Of a DNA stretch of 64,000 bases, positions 10,861 through 18,127 are shown in pieces. The position numbers and the translations under genes are program-made. The notes below the pieces were generated by a model. The model saw only the letters and a list, made by a program, of their open reading frames with translations, was not told the origin of the DNA and ran no database searches. The first letter of the stretch is position 1, and each line of letters opens with the position of its first letter. This DNA comes from a virus (lineage: Duplodnaviria > Caudoviricetes), in IMG/VR virus record IMGVR_UViG_3300037400_001903, positions 13,212 through 77,211 of that record; one strand, given 5' to 3'.

Positions 10861-10935
10861 TGGTTGGAGAGGATGGATTTGAACCATCGACCTCCTGGGT
10901 ATGAGCCAAGCGAGCTACCACTGCTCTACTCTCCA
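10861..10935 (-). tRNA. tRNA-Met(CAT), initiator-like, CCA encoded
   Basis: TGGAGAG TA GAGC AGTGGTA GCTC G CTTGG CTCATAC CCAGG AGGTC GATGG TTCAAAT CCATC CTCTCCA ACCA folds as a cloverleaf; A11:U24 pair and D/T arms resemble tRNA-fMet. Confidence 0.93.
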
Positions 10936-10940
10936 ACTAT

Positions 10941-10968
10941 ATTATACATTACTCTCTGGCTTTTTCAA
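10941..10968 (-). promoter_or_regulatory. Promoter immediately upstream of the tRNA
   Basis: TTGAAA-N16-TATAAT ending 5 nt before the tRNA 5' end. Confidence 0.55.
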
Positions 10969-11292
10969 TAGCTTACTTATGCTTTCTGCTTCTTCAGGTG
11001 AGCAATCATATAGCAAGTAACTAATAATTTTAACATATACACTGAATGTTAAAAGATGGAAAATAAATTCAGGTGATTTACCTTCAAGCTTCTCTTTAGT
11101 AAAAGGAGTCTTAGTTTCTGGTTTATCGAACTCTTCCTCAAAACCTTTAACTGCTTCAGTTACTAAAGCTGCAACCTTAGCGTAGCTAACTGATTTATCT
11201 TTTTGAGCTAATAAAAACTCTAGCATCCTAATTGACATGTCTTTAGGATTCTTAATAATATCCTCAGTTGTTTCTTTCATCTCTTTACTCAT
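10942..11292 (-). CDS. Hypothetical protein
   Basis: 116 aa ORF, last gene of the leftward operon. Confidence 0.7.
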   Translation of the reverse strand: MSKEMKETTEDIIKNPKDMSIRMLEFLLAQKDKSVSYAKVAALVTEAVKGFEEEFDKPETKTPFTKEKLEGKSPEFIFHLLTFSVYVKIISYLLYDCSPEEAESISKLLKKPESNV

Positions 11293-11293
11293 A

Positions 11294-11566
11294 CTAATTT
11301 ACCTCTACCCAGTCTTCAGCTAAGCAATCATTGATTGAAGGAACCCACATACTATGAGAACCATTTACCATTTTGATTTGTAAATAGGGTTCGCATCTAA
11401 ACAAGTCCCCTTCTTTCAAGCCCCATGCTTCAGCAGATTGTTTATTACAAGGTATTCCATTAGGATAGCCTTTTTGATAAACAACAAACATGCCTTTGCC
11501 ATTCCAACCTACCCTAGCAACTCTCTTGCCTTTCTTTAATAATTCTAGTGCTTCCCCAAAATTCAT
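11294..11566 (-). CDS. tad2: DUF2829 / Tad2-family anti-Thoeris sponge protein
   Basis: MNFGEALELLKKGKRVARVGWNGKGMF...WVPSINDCLAEDW matches the DUF2829 signature. Confidence 0.8.
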   Translation of the reverse strand: MNFGEALELLKKGKRVARVGWNGKGMFVVYQKGYPNGIPCNKQSAEAWGLKEGDLFRCEPYLQIKMVNGSHSMWVPSINDCLAEDWVEVN

Positions 11567-11862
11567 ACTAATTTACCTATTTCCTTTCCTATTTTTTCGT
11601 ATATGTCTATCATGACTCTTAGTATTACACCATGAGAAGGGTGTGTGTATAAAACTATAGAATCAGTTAAACCTTTATTGAATCTTCTTACACCAAGATT
11701 AAATTTCTTAATTAAAGTTTTAACATCCTCAGTTTCTGTAATTTCATTTTCTAAAATCTCAATAAGAGTTTCATCGAGTTCTAGCTTATCATCAATCTCG
11801 ATTGTCTCTTCAGATTTTATAATTGGGTTTAATAATATTTTTGTTATTTTAATTTGTAGCAT
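11563..11862 (-). CDS. Hypothetical protein
   Basis: 99 aa ORF overlapping its neighbours in the operon. Confidence 0.65.
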   Translation of the reverse strand: MLQIKITKILLNPIIKSEETIEIDDKLELDETLIEILENEITETEDVKTLIKKFNLGVRRFNKGLTDSIVLYTHPSHGVILRVMIDIYEKIGKEIGKLV

Positions 11863-12385
11863 TTTTAATATAATCCTCTGGCTTTCCTTCTAAATGTATA
11901 ATGTACACTGCTTGTGTATCTTTCTTTCTAACTTCAAAATAATCTATCCAACCCTTAGCTAACCACTTATCTCTTGTAGAATATAAATGGTCTAAGCCTA
12001 TACCGAACTCATAAGTTTTATGACCAGCTTTATCCATCCACTTATCATAGTAGCTATAATCATATAAAGATAAGTTGAATGCCTCAGCATCTGTAAGGTC
12101 GTTCTTACCTGTAGCACTTACAGTAGTTAACTTCATATAGTCTACATATAATGGGTCAGGTTCTGTATGTATACAGACAGCCATTACCCAAGGTAAATTA
12201 ATTTTATCTTTGATAATAGTTTCTGCTAGATACTGCTTATACTCTTCAAGCTTATCGTTCAGATTCTTCTTGATAAATTTAAGCTCATAGGAATTCTCAT
12301 CAATCTCTACCCTTTCATTGTCATAACCTACAAGATTTAATTTTTTGAAGTCTTGTTCTGAAATCTCTGTAATATAATTTCTCAT
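11849..12385 (-). CDS. Hypothetical protein
   Basis: 178 aa ORF, translationally coupled to neighbours. Confidence 0.7.
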   Translation of the reverse strand: MRNYITEISEQDFKKLNLVGYDNERVEIDENSYELKFIKKNLNDKLEEYKQYLAETIIKDKINLPWVMAVCIHTEPDPLYVDYMKLTTVSATGKNDLTDAEAFNLSLYDYSYYDKWMDKAGHKTYEFGIGLDHLYSTRDKWLAKGWIDYFEVRKKDTQAVYIIHLEGKPEDYIKNATN

Positions 12386-12633
12386 TATCTCTCATCTCCT
12401 ATACTCTTTTTGATTTCATCTAACTCTTCTTGTGTTAGTAATTTATACTCAATCATGAGTCGCATAACGTACTCATAACCTTGAGACTTACCTTTTAGCT
12501 CAGCTACTTTATCTGATAATGAGGATACTTGTTTATAGCCCTCAATATTTTCAGCTAAGCTTGCATACTTATTTTTACAATAGGCCCAACTAGTAACAAG
12601 TGATTTGGCAAACTCTTTTATATTATAATCCAT
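12385..12633 (-). CDS. Hypothetical protein
   Basis: ORF; start moved to the ATG after the AAGGGG RBS. Confidence 0.65.
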   Translation of the reverse strand: MDYNIKEFAKSLVTSWAYCKNKYASLAENIEGYKQVSSLSDKVAELKGKSQGYEYVMRLMIEYKLLTQEELDEIKKSIGDER

Positions 12634-13147
12634 TTCTACCAAACCCCTTATTATTCTCAAAAGCATCTAAGTTACCCTTGTCATATTTCTTATAGAATCT
12701 TAGAATAAATTTTTCTCCAAATGCATTACCGTTCTTACATGTAACTGGAGTATTGTTCTGCCAGTAGTCAACTATTAACTCTGTAGGATTATCCTTATAT
12801 ACAGGGAAAGCCTCGGCCCATCTTCTATATATAGTGTTCTTACCTACACCAAATTGTTGAACAATCTTTGTAACACTCTTGAATTTAATAGGTGAGAACA
12901 TATCAGTTAAAACTGGGTAAGCAATTATCAAAGGCTCATGTATGTCTGGAACACATGTTACCTTATAGGCATTGCCTTTTGTTGTAGTTATGTACCAGTT
13001 CTTATTCTCCTCACCATCAGCTATCATGTGAAGCTTATACATTGTGATACCTGTAGCTTGATTACATTCACGCATACCTTTATATATCTTTGTCTCAAGT
13101 GTTGATATATCAACTACTTCAAAATATCTATTAGTTAATCTATACAA
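12623..13147 (-). CDS. Hypothetical protein with possible NUMOD1/HTH-like DNA-binding segments
   Basis: GGAGG RBS; segments IYKGMRECNQATGI and FKSVTKIVQQFGVGKNTIYRR resemble small HTH modules. Confidence 0.5.
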   Translation of the reverse strand: MYRLTNRYFEVVDISTLETKIYKGMRECNQATGITMYKLHMIADGEENKNWYITTTKGNAYKVTCVPDIHEPLIIAYPVLTDMFSPIKFKSVTKIVQQFGVGKNTIYRRWAEAFPVYKDNPTELIVDYWQNNTPVTCKNGNAFGEKFILRFYKKYDKGNLDAFENNKGFGRNGL

Positions 13148-13152
13148 TATTA

Positions 13153-13233
13153 TTACCTCCCTCTAAATATAATCTCTATAATAGAGACTACAGCTATACT
13201 AACTATTAATATTATTGCAACTACATCAGTCAT
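13153..13233 (-). CDS. 26 aa single-pass membrane peptide (not in the ORF track)
   Basis: MTDVVAIILIVSIAVVSIIEIIFRGR; ATG overlaps the upstream stop (ATGACTGA) and fills the gap in the operon. Confidence 0.55.
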   Translation of the reverse strand: MTDVVAIILIVSIAVVSIIEIIFRGR

Positions 13234-13426
13234 TATTATCACTATCCTTTAACTTAATTAGCTTATCTCTTAAATTTTCGTACCATTCAAGATTTTCGTA
13301 AACCCCTAATAGCTTACAGTTTTCTTCTGATACACTATAAGTCATTTCTTCACAATCTCCAATATGGTCATTACAGTAATCAATTAAGAAATCTAACTCT
13401 TCATCTGTAAAATAATCATTCACCAT
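13226..13426 (-). CDS. Hypothetical protein
   Basis: 66 aa ORF with GAGGAGG RBS. Confidence 0.7.
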   Translation of the reverse strand: MVNDYFTDEELDFLIDYCNDHIGDCEEMTYSVSEENCKLLGVYENLEWYENLRDKLIKLKDSDNND

Positions 13427-13895
13427 TGATTACCTCCTCTACTGGAAACCATTCATCAGTGTTTAAATCACAGATGCACCATTCACCATCTACAAATGCT
13501 AGATAAGTTTCTTTATGGAATACTCCGTCCCTATCTTTAAAGCCATTCATTAGTATTTCTTTTAACCTAGCATTTTCCTTTTCCTGTTCTTGTGCTTTGA
13601 TTAATGCTTGTTCGATTATTTCAATTTCTTTTTCACGACTTTCATAATGGTCTATATATTGTAATTCGCTTACTCTTTCCAAGCACTCCATTGCTTTACT
13701 AGGCTCTACTTGTTCACTATTTTTAAAAGTCATATAGTTATCAATAATATCAGTATTTTTGCCTTTTTCTATTTGTTCTAACTTTATTAATGCTTGCTTT
13801 AATAAGTTGTAATCGTGTAGTTGATAACCTAATGCGTAGTCATCATCATTACATCTATATAATCTATCTAATGCTTCTAAATATTCTTTACTCAT
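13416..13895 (-). CDS. Hypothetical protein (paralog of 42664-43089)
   Basis: 159 aa; shares MSxEYxEAxxR and P..A.E.L...IKAQE.EK segments with the later gene. Confidence 0.7.
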   Translation of the reverse strand: MSKEYLEALDRLYRCNDDDYALGYQLHDYNLLKQALIKLEQIEKGKNTDIIDNYMTFKNSEQVEPSKAMECLERVSELQYIDHYESREKEIEIIEQALIKAQEQEKENARLKEILMNGFKDRDGVFHKETYLAFVDGEWCICDLNTDEWFPVEEVINGE

Positions 13896-14082
13896 CTTCT
13901 TCTACCTCTTCAAATATATGTTCATCATTCATTTTGAGTATATTATATAATGTATCATTAGTGTCAATTATTTTAGCGTCTTTTATATCTGGACTATATA
14001 CATTCCCATCAAAATCACTTGTTTCATAATACATTTTTTGTTTTTTCTTATTATCAATACGATATACAATTACTTTACTCAT
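13888..14082 (-). CDS. Hypothetical protein
   Basis: Small coupled ORF with GGAGG-like RBS. Confidence 0.65.
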   Translation of the reverse strand: MSKVIVYRIDNKKKQKMYYETSDFDGNVYSPDIKDAKIIDTNDTLYNILKMNDEHIFEEVEEDE

Positions 14083-14308
14083 TTTCAAGTTCCTCCTTTG
14101 TTAATATCTCAAACTTATGGCACCAAATATATGGAAAATCAATTTTATATTCTCTTAAAAGTTTATCTCCTAGCTCTTCATTATGGTTAGCATAAGCATT
14201 AAAGATTTCAATGTATCTTTCATCTTCTTCTAATACTCCGGTATAATTTGTGGTTAACTTTTCAAATGTAATTTTAAAGCCTAAATCTAAAAATTCTTGT
14301 AATAACAT
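14075..14308 (-). CDS. Hypothetical protein
   Basis: 77 aa ORF with AGGAG RBS. Confidence 0.65.
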   Translation of the reverse strand: MLLQEFLDLGFKITFEKLTTNYTGVLEEDERYIEIFNAYANHNEELGDKLLREYKIDFPYIWCHKFEILTKEELENE

Positions 14309-14309
14309 A

Positions 14310-14891
14310 TTATATCATCTCCTTTAAAACAACTTTTCTGACCTCAATAGTTTTATCGCCATTTAAGATTTTACACATCCATTGTGGTTGAATTGAGATT
14401 AAAACCTTTTTTATCAACTGCATATTATATGTTCCACTAAAACCTAATTCACTTATTAAATCATAAGCATACATCATATTTTGTGGTGCTTTATCAATGG
14501 TTTTCCAATTATTTATATCATTATATATACCATCAAATTTATAATAATCACTTAATTCTTTTGACTTATCAAATATGTGTAAGTTCTTGATGTGGATTGC
14601 ATAACCATCTTTACCACCTAAATAATCAGCCAATTCACAATAAGATAAACAACTATATTTCAAAATTTCTTTTTCTCTTAATGTATTAGTAATATAATCT
14701 TCATCTAAATATAAACTTTTAGTTAATCTTATTTCTTCAACTTCAAAATCACATTCAGCAACTATTTTGCCATTTAAGTGCCATTCTTGTATTCCATCAC
14801 TTATAACACAACTAGGATAAACACTTCCATCATTTCCTTGTGTAATATAAGGCTTTGCTTTAGTGCAATATAATAATAGTTTCTTTTTCAT
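14310..14891 (-). CDS. Circularly permuted ASCH (PUA-like) domain protein
   Basis: The usual ASCH N-terminal motif (VLISIQPQWMCKILNGDKTIEVRK) is at the C terminus; LLYCTK, GKIVAE, SCLS and GYAIHI motifs come first. Confidence 0.7.
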   Translation of the reverse strand: MKKKLLLYCTKAKPYITQGNDGSVYPSCVISDGIQEWHLNGKIVAECDFEVEEIRLTKSLYLDEDYITNTLREKEILKYSCLSYCELADYLGGKDGYAIHIKNLHIFDKSKELSDYYKFDGIYNDINNWKTIDKAPQNMMYAYDLISELGFSGTYNMQLIKKVLISIQPQWMCKILNGDKTIEVRKVVLKEMI

Positions 14892-14892
14892 A

Positions 14893-15153
14893 CTACTCAC
14901 TCTTGTCCTTTTCGTCTTCATCTTCAAACTCAACCTCTACCCCTCGCACTGTAACAGATTTCACAGGAACAGGCGGAAGCTCTTTGAGTAGCCCTTCAAT
15001 TAAATCCTTGTTCCAACCATTAAATGTCTTACCATTTATTACTACAAAGTTATTATAGTACTCTATAGTATGTGGCCCCTTTAGAAGTTCCTCCACTTCT
15101 ATAGTTTGTCTTGCCCTATTAGTGATATAGGAACTTGAAAATATATCTTGCAT
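14893..15153 (-). CDS. Hypothetical protein, first gene of the leftward operon
   Basis: ATG after GGAGGTAAAC. Confidence 0.7.
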   Translation of the reverse strand: MQDIFSSSYITNRARQTIEVEELLKGPHTIEYYNNFVVINGKTFNGWNKDLIEGLLKELPPVPVKSVTVRGVEVEFEDEDEKDKSE

Positions 15154-15169
15154 GTTTACCTCCATAATC

Positions 15170-15188
15170 CCTGGGCGTTTACCCCAGG
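15170..15188 (-). promoter_or_regulatory. GTAAACG-loop hairpin, copy 1
   Basis: Minus strand CCTGGG-GTAAACG-CCCAGG in the leader of the leftward operon. Confidence 0.7.
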
Positions 15189-15202
15189 CTCATTGTACTT
15201 AT

Positions 15203-15247
15203 ATTATAGCACGAGGAATGACAAATGTCAAGGGGAATGACAAATGT
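15203..15247 (-). promoter_or_regulatory. Consensus SigA promoter of the leftward operon with a 14 bp direct repeat over the -35
   Basis: TTGACA(15226-15231)-N17-TATAAT(15203-15208); GGAATGACAAATGT at 15215-15228 and 15234-15247. Confidence 0.85.
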
Positions 15248-15530
15248 TTTTGAGAAAGTTGTCTAGGGGTGAATTGGAATTTTCCAAAAATTCTGTGGGG
15301 CGTGCTAAAATTATATTATGTTGATGTTGTTTCCCAATTTAATATTATATTATGTTGGGTGTTGATGTTTAATTAGGGGGTGTCCCTCAACCTAAAGAGA
15401 GACAAACCCAAAATATATTCAACAACTAAACAACTCAATAAGAATATATTTTACTAAGACTAAGGTATTATATATTTTTGTTAAGATATAAAACTCATAG
15501 ACATTTAGTCTATTTAATCTCATAGATATT

Positions 15531-15815
15531 TTATCACCACCTCTCCGTAATTGATTTGCGAGAAGCCATAGTGGCGTTTGAACGTGTCAATGAATGAACG
15601 GAAGATTAAGACTTGCTCGAGCAGTGATGTGACGTAAGAAAGATTCCCTGAGCACAGGAGAACATTCGCATGTCCAGAACCGTATCGAGATGCCCCTGGT
15701 TGTTTGCTAGTGAGCTGATGGTCAAGAGGTAGCCTTGAATCAAACACGTTACCTACTGGTGGTGATAACTTTCTGTCCGCGATGGACGGACACTTGGGAT
15801 TCCCAAGCTTAAGTC
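15531..15815. ncRNA. Candidate structured non-coding RNA 1
   Basis: GC-enriched intergenic block closed by an 11 bp stem (15531-15541 / 15758-15768) with several internal hairpins; no credible ORF. Confidence 0.5.
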
Positions 15816-15852
15816 ATAGAAGCTTAGTCCCTTAGAGGAGAAAGGAAATAAT

Positions 15853-16182
15853 ATGACAAAGAATGAATTTGTTTTAACTTTAACTATAGCTATTGGTGAG
15901 GCATTTGCACGTCACGTAGCTGCTGCAGCTAAGACTCCTGAAGGTAAGAAGCCAGCTTATGTTCGCCCTGTAAAGATGAAGAATTATTTTTCAGATGAAG
16001 ATGCTCCAAGCTGTCTTGACTATGTACCTGACGAAGACTTCATATCAGTACGTTATTATGATGGAAATTATGTTATTACTTTTTTCGCTACTAACGGATT
16101 CGATTTTACTATTAAACACAGTGACTATTGGTTATGTGTTAATAAGTTTACTGAATATTTCTTAGCTATCTATAAAGCCTAG
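15853..16182 (+). CDS. Hypothetical protein, stand-alone gene in the control region
   Basis: 109 aa; GAGGAGAAAGGA RBS; codon style like the other genes. Confidence 0.75.
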   Translation: MTKNEFVLTLTIAIGEAFARHVAAAAKTPEGKKPAYVRPVKMKNYFSDEDAPSCLDYVPDEDFISVRYYDGNYVITFFATNGFDFTIKHSDYWLCVNKFTEYFLAIYKA

Positions 16183-16183
16183 T

Positions 16184-16202
16184 GACGAGCGTTTACCTCG
16201 TC
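16184..16202 (-). promoter_or_regulatory. GTAAACG-loop hairpin, copy 2
   Basis: Minus strand GACGAG-GTAAACG-CTCGTC. Confidence 0.7.
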
Positions 16203-16211
16203 TGAAAATGT

Positions 16212-16710
16212 GGAACCCTAGTGTTACAAAATTGGTATAAGCTAGGTTCCATTTTAAAAGTCATCAGAAATGACAAATGTCTCTCATGATGACAAAATAA
16301 AAACGGACCCTGGTGTTTTAAAATCAGTTAAGCTAGGTTCCTTTTGCACTTTTTCTGGCAAAAATGAGCTTGCACTCTTATTAGTCGAGTGCTAAAATAT
16401 ATTCTCACGTTGTTTTACTTCGGTTTGAGTGTGTGTTTTGTGTCGAGTGTGTTAGCATTTTGGTAAAAATACACCCTATCAAGCCTATGAAAACGACTGA
16501 AAATATATTGAAAACTCGTTTTTATATAAAAAAGTACCATTTGGAACCTAGCTTGTTCGAAATTGGAACGCTCAGGTCCGTTTTAAAAAAACTTTTTCTG
16601 TATATACATTTGTTCCCTAGACCTTTAAAACAATAGGGTATCATTTATTCTACAGGAAAAGTTTTTTGGATTCGGACCCTACTGCTTTAATTTTAAAACA
16701 ATAAGGTCCC
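16212..16710. repeat. Four 38-39 bp imperfect palindromic units (GGAACC/CGGACC ... GGTTCC/GGTCCS)
   Basis: Units at 16212-16250, 16304-16341, 16543-16580 (inverted) and 16673-16710; AAGCTAGGTTCC is exact in three. Confidence 0.75.
16369..16398 (+). promoter_or_regulatory. CIRCE (HrcA operator) overlapping a rightward SigA promoter
   Basis: CTTGCACTC-N9-GAGTGCTAA versus consensus TTAGCACTC-N9-GAGTGCTAA; TTGCAC-N17-TAAAAT with TGn extension. Confidence 0.8.
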
Positions 16711-16717
16711 CTATAAA

Positions 16718-16736
16718 GCTGGCGTAAACGGCCAGC
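16718..16736 (+). promoter_or_regulatory. GTAAACG-loop hairpin, copy 3
   Basis: Plus strand GCTGGC-GTAAACG-GCCAGC upstream of the rightward operon. Confidence 0.7.
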
Positions 16737-16749
16737 AATTAGAATGTTT

Positions 16750-17140
16750 TTTATTTAATATTCAACCAATAGGAACGATTGAAATATATCGCTCCTATCA
16801 TTGAGTATTAAATTACTCACTGCTAGTACAGGTTAAGAGCTTGCTAAGCAATTAAGGAGGTGATGGCTTTGTCCTCATCAGAAGTTCAAGGTGCAGTCGT
16901 AGACTGTAGTTCAAACACTTTATGCCTTTTGGTAGGCATTCTATCAGGAGGCTAGACATTCTGGTAAGTGTTTGAGGAATCTTCAACTCGGTGCATACCG
17001 TTTTGTGTTGAAGATATTTGATTGTTGATTACTTTTTTGTTGGTTCGATTGTATTAGAGCAGCAAACAGATGAAGCTGATAGTCTCTTGCTGCTTAGGTC
17101 TGGTATTCTTTCCTTGCTAAAGAATATCTCAGCACATTCT
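16750..17140 (+). ncRNA. Candidate structured non-coding RNA / leader 2
   Basis: Series of stems: 16892-16908, 16911-16920/16966-16975, 16979-16987/17007-17015, 17058-17065/17087-17094; no long ORF. Confidence 0.45.
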
Positions 17141-17178
17141 CTTAAATAAAATATATAGAAAAGGTAAGGTAAAATAAA

Positions 17179-17442
17179 ATGAAAAACAATAAGAGAAACG
17201 TAGTGAATTTTTTAGGAACAACTAACACTTATAAAGGAGAGCAAGTAGGCTCTATGGCTTATTATGCTAAGAAGGCTGAGGAAAGAAATGAAGCACGTAG
17301 CTTTCAAGAATTTTTCAGTAATAATTATTCTTCAAAGGTTATTAAGACTGATGAAGATATTGAAGAAGCAGCAGTTAATGCTCTTCAAGGTTCAGACTTT
17401 GAGTCTGAGTATTTAGAATATTTATTAGGAGGTAAGAGATAA
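17179..17442 (+). CDS. Hypothetical protein, first gene of the rightward operon
   Basis: 87 aa ORF with AAGGT RBS. Confidence 0.75.
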   Translation: MKNNKRNVVNFLGTTNTYKGEQVGSMAYYAKKAEERNEARSFQEFFSNNYSSKVIKTDEDIEEAAVNALQGSDFESEYLEYLLGGKR

Positions 17443-17816
17443 TGCCTATATTTTATACTAAGGATTTAACTATTAATGAGTTAAAGAAAGAAAAGAATTT
17501 AACTCTAAAAGAGTTAGAAAAAATAGTTGGTGTTGATTATACTATTTTATCTAAAATTTCTAACGGCTATCAGCCTTTAACAGAAGATATTATAGAAAAG
17601 TTTAGATATGCTTTTCCTGATATCTGCATAGTTGCTAAGTCTAAGAAAGAAATCATCGCTGAGTTAGAAGCCGAGAATGCTTATTTAAGAAATAGGGTTG
17701 CTATATTAGAAGAAGCAATCTCTGTTGCTTATGGAAAAGCTTTTCCTGCTGGATATGAACAAGATTTAGACCACGAACGTTCATGGGGCCCTGACCCTAG
17801 AAAGGAGGAAGATTAA
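17442..17816 (+). CDS. XRE/Cro-C1 helix-turn-helix regulator with C-terminal coiled coil
   Basis: LKKEKNLTLKELEKIVGVDYTILSKISNG; ELEAENAYLRNRVAILE. Confidence 0.8.
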   Translation: MPIFYTKDLTINELKKEKNLTLKELEKIVGVDYTILSKISNGYQPLTEDIIEKFRYAFPDICIVAKSKKEIIAELEAENAYLRNRVAILEEAISVAYGKAFPAGYEQDLDHERSWGPDPRKEED

Positions 17817-17817
17817 T

Positions 17818-18126
17818 ATGCCTATTACAGATATTTCTTCTATTGATTTAGAAAAAGAGATAGATAATTTCACTAAAGAGTTAGTGAGATTTACTGTTAC
17901 TATGCTTCATTTTTTCAAACCTGAAGAGTTCTTTGATGTATTAACTGATAAGTTATACTCATATTTATCATGTGTTGAAGATATGTATAAAGTTAATATC
18001 ATCAATGAACTCAACAAGTTTTATATAGCTGAACATCATCCTGAGATGTTTGAAGCTATATCTAAAAAGCTTGAGAAATTGTCTGAAGATGAAGACGAAG
18101 AAACTTATTATAAGGAGGAACAATAA
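17818..18126 (+). CDS. Hypothetical protein
   Basis: 102 aa with AAGGAGG RBS. Confidence 0.7.
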   Translation: MPITDISSIDLEKEIDNFTKELVRFTVTMLHFFKPEEFFDVLTDKLYSYLSCVEDMYKVNIINELNKFYIAEHHPEMFEAISKKLEKLSEDEDEETYYKEEQ

Positions 18127-18127
18127 T

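Noticed and set aside
16212-16710. CRISPR mini-array, given a Cas4-like nuclease at 38030
   Set aside because: Units are degenerate, irregularly spaced and in mixed orientation; the nuclease sits in a typical recombination/replication module.
16850-16885. Hammerhead ribozyme (CTGATGA on the minus strand)
   Set aside because: No stem II followed by GAAA and no matching cleavage-site stems.
16862-16954. 30 aa ORF after AAGGAGG inside ncRNA 2
   Set aside because: The ATG is too close to the SD and the region is dominated by stems; left as a check item only.
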